The notes under the pieces were generated by a model. That model was not told where the DNA came from. It worked only from the letters and a program-made list of their open reading frames with translations, and did not search any database. Made by a program: the position numbers and the translations under genes. Below are positions 59,841 to 64,000 of a DNA stretch of 64,000 bases, piece after piece. Within the stretch, counting starts at the first letter, position 1; the number at the start of each line of letters is the position of its first letter. The DNA is from Takakia lepidozioides. Its lineage: Eukaryota > Plantae > Bryophyta. The stretch covers positions 6,696,001-6,760,000 of the forward strand of contig CM060732.1 in NCBI GenBank assembly GCA_030704615.1, given 5' to 3'.

Positions 59841-62800
59841 TTAATCTTGAAAATCATCGGAATCCTCATCCTGTTCTAGACTGTCCTGCTCCTCCTCCAC
59901 CCCCTCAGTGCCTCTCTCATCTCCAGCGGACTGCTCGTTGGCCAGGCTTTCGAAAATCCCATCTTCCCCTTGCGGAACTGTCCATCTCACCTCCGTTGGG
60001 TCGTCTTCCTCCCTGTCTGCGTCGCTCTCATCCGCTGAATCACATATGTACTTTCGTACCCGTCTACCTGTCTGAGCTGCTGCCAACTCTTTCCTTATCC
60101 TTCTGTCCTCCCTAGCCCTCTCCAAAATCTGCTCTACTTTACTGGGATTCTCACTTCTTCTAATCGCTGTATTTGCGAGTTTAGCTGCATAACTAGGAAG
60201 GGAGTAGTCCCTCACCGGGCTCGTCATGAAGTCGGCCCTCGCAAAGAACGGGACATTCTTCCTGGCAGGAAGTGTAGGCCCTACATGTTTCGACCCGGAC
60301 CCTGCAATCCTGCACATGACAATCATCAACGAGACTAATGAGAACCACAGTCGTGAAATTCCTTTGACATAAATGACCCAGAAGGCTTTGCAAACTTACA
60401 ATGTTTGCACTCACTCGTATTCCGGGTTCTCCTCTGCATCAATGTCCACTGTGTCTTCCTCGGACTCCGACGAATCCGAGGAGACTTCCGCTCTGTCGGG
60501 AGCCTTCACATTCCGTTGCAGCCCCTCCAGATGGGATCCCCACACGGATGAATCCTCCTCGTAGGCAAAGAGGTGCCGGTCGGAAAACCGCCCAGCCCAC
60601 ATTGAGGCACCTGTTACAATGCCATCCACACATTACCACATGGCGCTTCAGATGTTGCGAACTACATCCTAACGAGAATTTGCAGAACAGCAGAGATCAA
60701 GATTCTGCATACCTGTCCCACAGATGAGGTCCAGCACTGTGCCCTCCACGTCTGTGCATGTCTCCATAATTGTCTGAATGAAGGCAGGGCTCCGAGTCCG
60801 TGAGTACCGCAGGGGTTCCGTTGAAGTGAGGCTATGAGGGAGAAGTTCCTTGGGAACGTTGTTGAACAGAACGTCGTAATCGAGTGGGTCGCAGTTCGGG
60901 TCAACCTTTCCTCCCTCCTTCCGGAAAGCAAAGGTGGAGTTTTCCTTCACAAAGCAGTATGCATCGAACTGCTTCGTCTGCATACACAGGGGGAAAACGA
61001 TTAGAAACCGAATGCGGCACCGCATTTGAAAGCACCCAAGCAAATGAATGGACGAGTGCCAGTGTCGTAATCACCTTCTTCCCTTCCGACCGAAGGCCCA
61101 GTGTGTTGATGCACGTCCACTTCTTTTTCAGAATCGGGACGGCGCTCTTGCGGGTCCACTTCGCAATTCCTGTCTGAGTGTTTTTTCCTCTGCTCGCCAG
61201 GACAACCACACAGCCTCTGTCGTCCAACACCATGCGGGCAAGCCCGAATCCTTTCTTCCAAAAGTCCTCCGAGTACCTGTTCCAAGATGGCAAAGCTTGC
61301 AGTCCTTCCACAGGCTCTCCGTCCGGAATATCCAAGATGATCATATCGCAAGACCACTCGGTGGCATTTCCGCCCCTCCTACAATCCTTGTCTGCACACA
61401 CCCTCTCAAAGAACGAGACCATATTCTGAAATCCTGGGGTGTCGGAAGGCTCTTCGGCAGTCGCCTTCTTCAGTGCTCTGCCCTTCAGACCCTCCATGGT
61501 CTTCATGTATGCCAACTTGGCTGCCCGTCCATCCAAAGCCGCCAAGAAACTCTCATTTACACACTGGACTACAGTTTCGGGAGCCACTTTCGGCCTCTTC
61601 ATTTCCACCGGCTCGAAAGGGTGCCCCCCTGGGGGGTTGAAGAGTGCCTTCTTTGCCGAGCCAGTTCTCGTGCCTCTGGTGACAACGGTGGGCACAGGGG
61701 AGGCAGCCTGCGTTTGGGGGGTGGGCTGGTTGCAAAGTCTCCATCGGAGTCCTCTTCCTCACCCTCTTCCTGAACAGGCTGTTTCTGCTTCTTCGTTTTG
61801 GCGGGTGTCACAACAGCTGCTCCTTGCTGGCGAGTCCTCTTCTTCGACCCCTTCTGTTGGGCCTGCACAGCTGCATCCACCGTCTTTTGTGCCATCTCAG
61901 CTGCCTTTCTGGATTCTTCCAGAGCAGCAGATTCCTTTGCCGACTTTGGCCCAGCAGGGACACGTCTTTCCTTTCTCTTCTCTTCTGCCAAGGCGTGCAG
62001 ATCTTTCTCAGACTCGTCAACAATACCGCCAGACATGTCCAGGTACCACGGGCATCCAACGAGATGCGCGGGATGCCATTGTTTCTGCATCTCGGGTGTG
62101 TAGACACAGCTTGGGCCCGCCACGGTCCAAGCCATGAAGAACGGGGGCTCTTGAGCCAGGGCCCCTGTCTGAAGGAGCACGTATTTCATATACCTGCAAG
62201 GCAGTCAGCATGCGTGAGCAAAACTTGAGACCAACCTACTGGCAGAGTGCCACCGAAAACATAAAATGCGAATGCGGTGCCGCATTTCCGAGACAAACCT
62301 CGTAACCAGGCTTCGCATACAAGGGCAGCTGTGCTTCACCTGTAAACAATTCGCATTGCAGCTTTCCCCGCTCCCTCCTGATGTGTAAACTCCACGCTCC
62401 TTCTTGCTGTCTGTAGCTCTCTGGCGAAAAGGTTGTCCTTGTACGCACATCTGAAACGTGTCACGTAGTCTTCCAATGTCTGTGTTCCATCCCATTTGAC
62501 GTACAAGCCGAACGAATTTGTGTGCATTACGACTTGCTCCTTTGCATTCGACATTACCTGCCATTCCCAAATGCATTGTCACGTAGCAGTTCAGGGAATT
62601 CATGTCAGAAAAGCAAATCTGGGGAAGTACCTTGAATTACCTGGAACCACCAAGTCATACGGTTGAGCCACACATCCACTGCAGGGTCGGAAACTTCCAG
62701 TGGAAAAGACCACATTGTCCTTATGCTCTCGGATGCATTCCAGATCGACAGCCACCGTGTCTGCCATTTCCGATCCAATGTCAGTGGCTGGAAGAGAGTG

Positions 62801-64000
62801 GCTATTGCTAGGAAGGAAATTCAGTGCATTGAAACCTCACCTTCTCTTTCGCCTCCACACATGCCGTTGAGAGGTGATGCAGTTTCTCCAATTGCATGGT
62901 CGGCTGCATGGCCCGAGAATAGTGTTTTGCAATCTCGGGGATGAAGTCCTTTCCAAGTGCCGGATCTGCAATTGCCACCAGCTTCACAAGCTTTGACTTG
63001 TATTTGGTTCTGGACTTGACACCGGCTTCCTTCAAGTGCTCAGTCAATGACTGCAACGTTTTGACCTGCCCCTCACTTTCCATGAAGAAGCGTTTGGCAT
63101 GGGCCAAATCCAGCTTGATGTTTGACTGCCAACAAAAACATGCAGAAGCGTTACATTCGATTCATGTGGAAACATTACTGGAAATTGGGGAAGGATGAGC
63201 AGAGGGAAATTGGAGCACGACTTACTTCGTATATCACCTCCACCATTCCATCCATAGTGAGACGATACCATGTCCGGTCTGTTTTTGCAACGGCTTTCTG
63301 AATGAGCTCCGGCTCCAGCATTTCCGCAAACATCTGCGGATCAGTAAGACCAGTTTTCCTCACCCTGTACAGCATATGTGCCATGTGGGTATGCACGTAC
63401 GCATTCTCAGTGACCCTGCAAGGCACACTCTCCAGTTCAGTACACGGAAGCACGGAATCAAACCAGAATGGAAACCGAAATGCGGCACCGCATTTCGAAT
63501 GTGCTAGGGAGGGTATGAGTATCTTACGAGTTGAGGTCCGCCATGGCATTCTTGAGGAGGGAGGAGTCTGCCGCCTTCACCTTGAGGATGACACACTCCA
63601 CCATGTAATGCCAGCCAATGTGCTTGGCATGGTTCTGCTTGATGTACTCCCACCAGGCGAGAAGTCGGTGATTCCCGTCCCACACAAAGAACATTTTTCC
63701 CGACATATGGCCGAAGTCGGGATCACCCTTCAGCGTCGCCTCGAATTCGTGGTTGCGAGTGTGCCAGTGGGTATCCCACGTTGACAATTCATCGGCAGTG
63801 GGTCCACGGGTTTCGCCGTCCTCATTCTCTATGGAAACGTAAAACGCTGCCGATCCCAGACGGTACCCTTCTCGAAATGCGAACTTGAGCTTATCCACAT
63901 CTCCGGGAAGGGCCTGCCTGACGATGGGAAGGGAGACCATGCGACAGAGTGGGATTCGAAGAGTCCGCTGGAATACCCTGCTGCCCAGAACTCTGCCAAT
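59841..64000 (-). pseudogene. Uninterrupted copy of the ParB/Srx-like + amino-MTase-like cargo gene (5' end outside the window)
   Basis: ParB-like exon 63527-64000 (WDGNHRLLAW); MTase region about 60550-61580 (VVQCVNESFL, CDMIILDIPDG, VLDLICGTG-ASMWAGRFSDRHLFAYEED); a few 1-bp indels, e.g. in the G-run near 61720. Confidence 0.75.

Larger units (their letters stand above)
57350..64000 (-). mobile_element. Element A': second, inverted copy of family A (runs off the window)
   Basis: TIR GGGGGCTGCTATTTCATGAGC at 57350; reverse-complement near-identity to 34673-37084 plus 51631-55686, without the Ty3 insertion. Confidence 0.95.

Noticed and set aside
51631-64000. Large inverted duplication as an assembly fold-back artefact
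   Set aside because: The copies differ by substitutions, indels, a swapped internal segment and the Ty3 insertion; A has its own TSD and the similarity ends exactly at the TIRs

Overview
Eukaryotic land-plant DNA. PLS-type PPR repeats, OSB-type PDF motifs, a GT47 gene and GT-AG introns point to this; a bryophyte-like origin is my inference. The only apparently intact host gene is a two-exon GT47/exostosin glycosyltransferase (3307-7016). It is followed by a decayed PDF-motif/PPR locus and about 52 kb of nested transposons. The main structure is a complete Mutator-like (MULE-type) DNA transposon, 'element A' (26926-55686), with 21-bp imperfect TIRs, CATGAGC subterminal repeats and a perfect 9-bp TSD (GATCAAGAG). 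It is about 14 kb without the nested Ty3 insertion. It encodes a GCM/WRKY-like + DDE + SWIM transposase on the minus strand. Divergently, it carries a multi-exon cargo gene that fuses a ParB/Srx-like domain to a beta-class N4/N6 amino-methyltransferase fold. Between the two genes lie about 28 copies of a 22-bp palindrome (GGAAATGCGG-YR-CCGCATTTCC) at a 53-bp period; the same palindrome recurs in introns and subterminal regions. A second, inverted copy of A starts at 57350. Both copies sit in what appears to be an older related element ('B'), which has a homologous transposase and a different palindrome sharing the CGG-YR-CCG core. Also present: degenerate SET-domain genes, CACTA remnants, solo LTRs, and a Ty3/gypsy element with extra ORFs and an unusual LTR-PPT tandem array ending in a fold-back. 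All domain calls come from motif recognition by eye and need HMM or structure confirmation.
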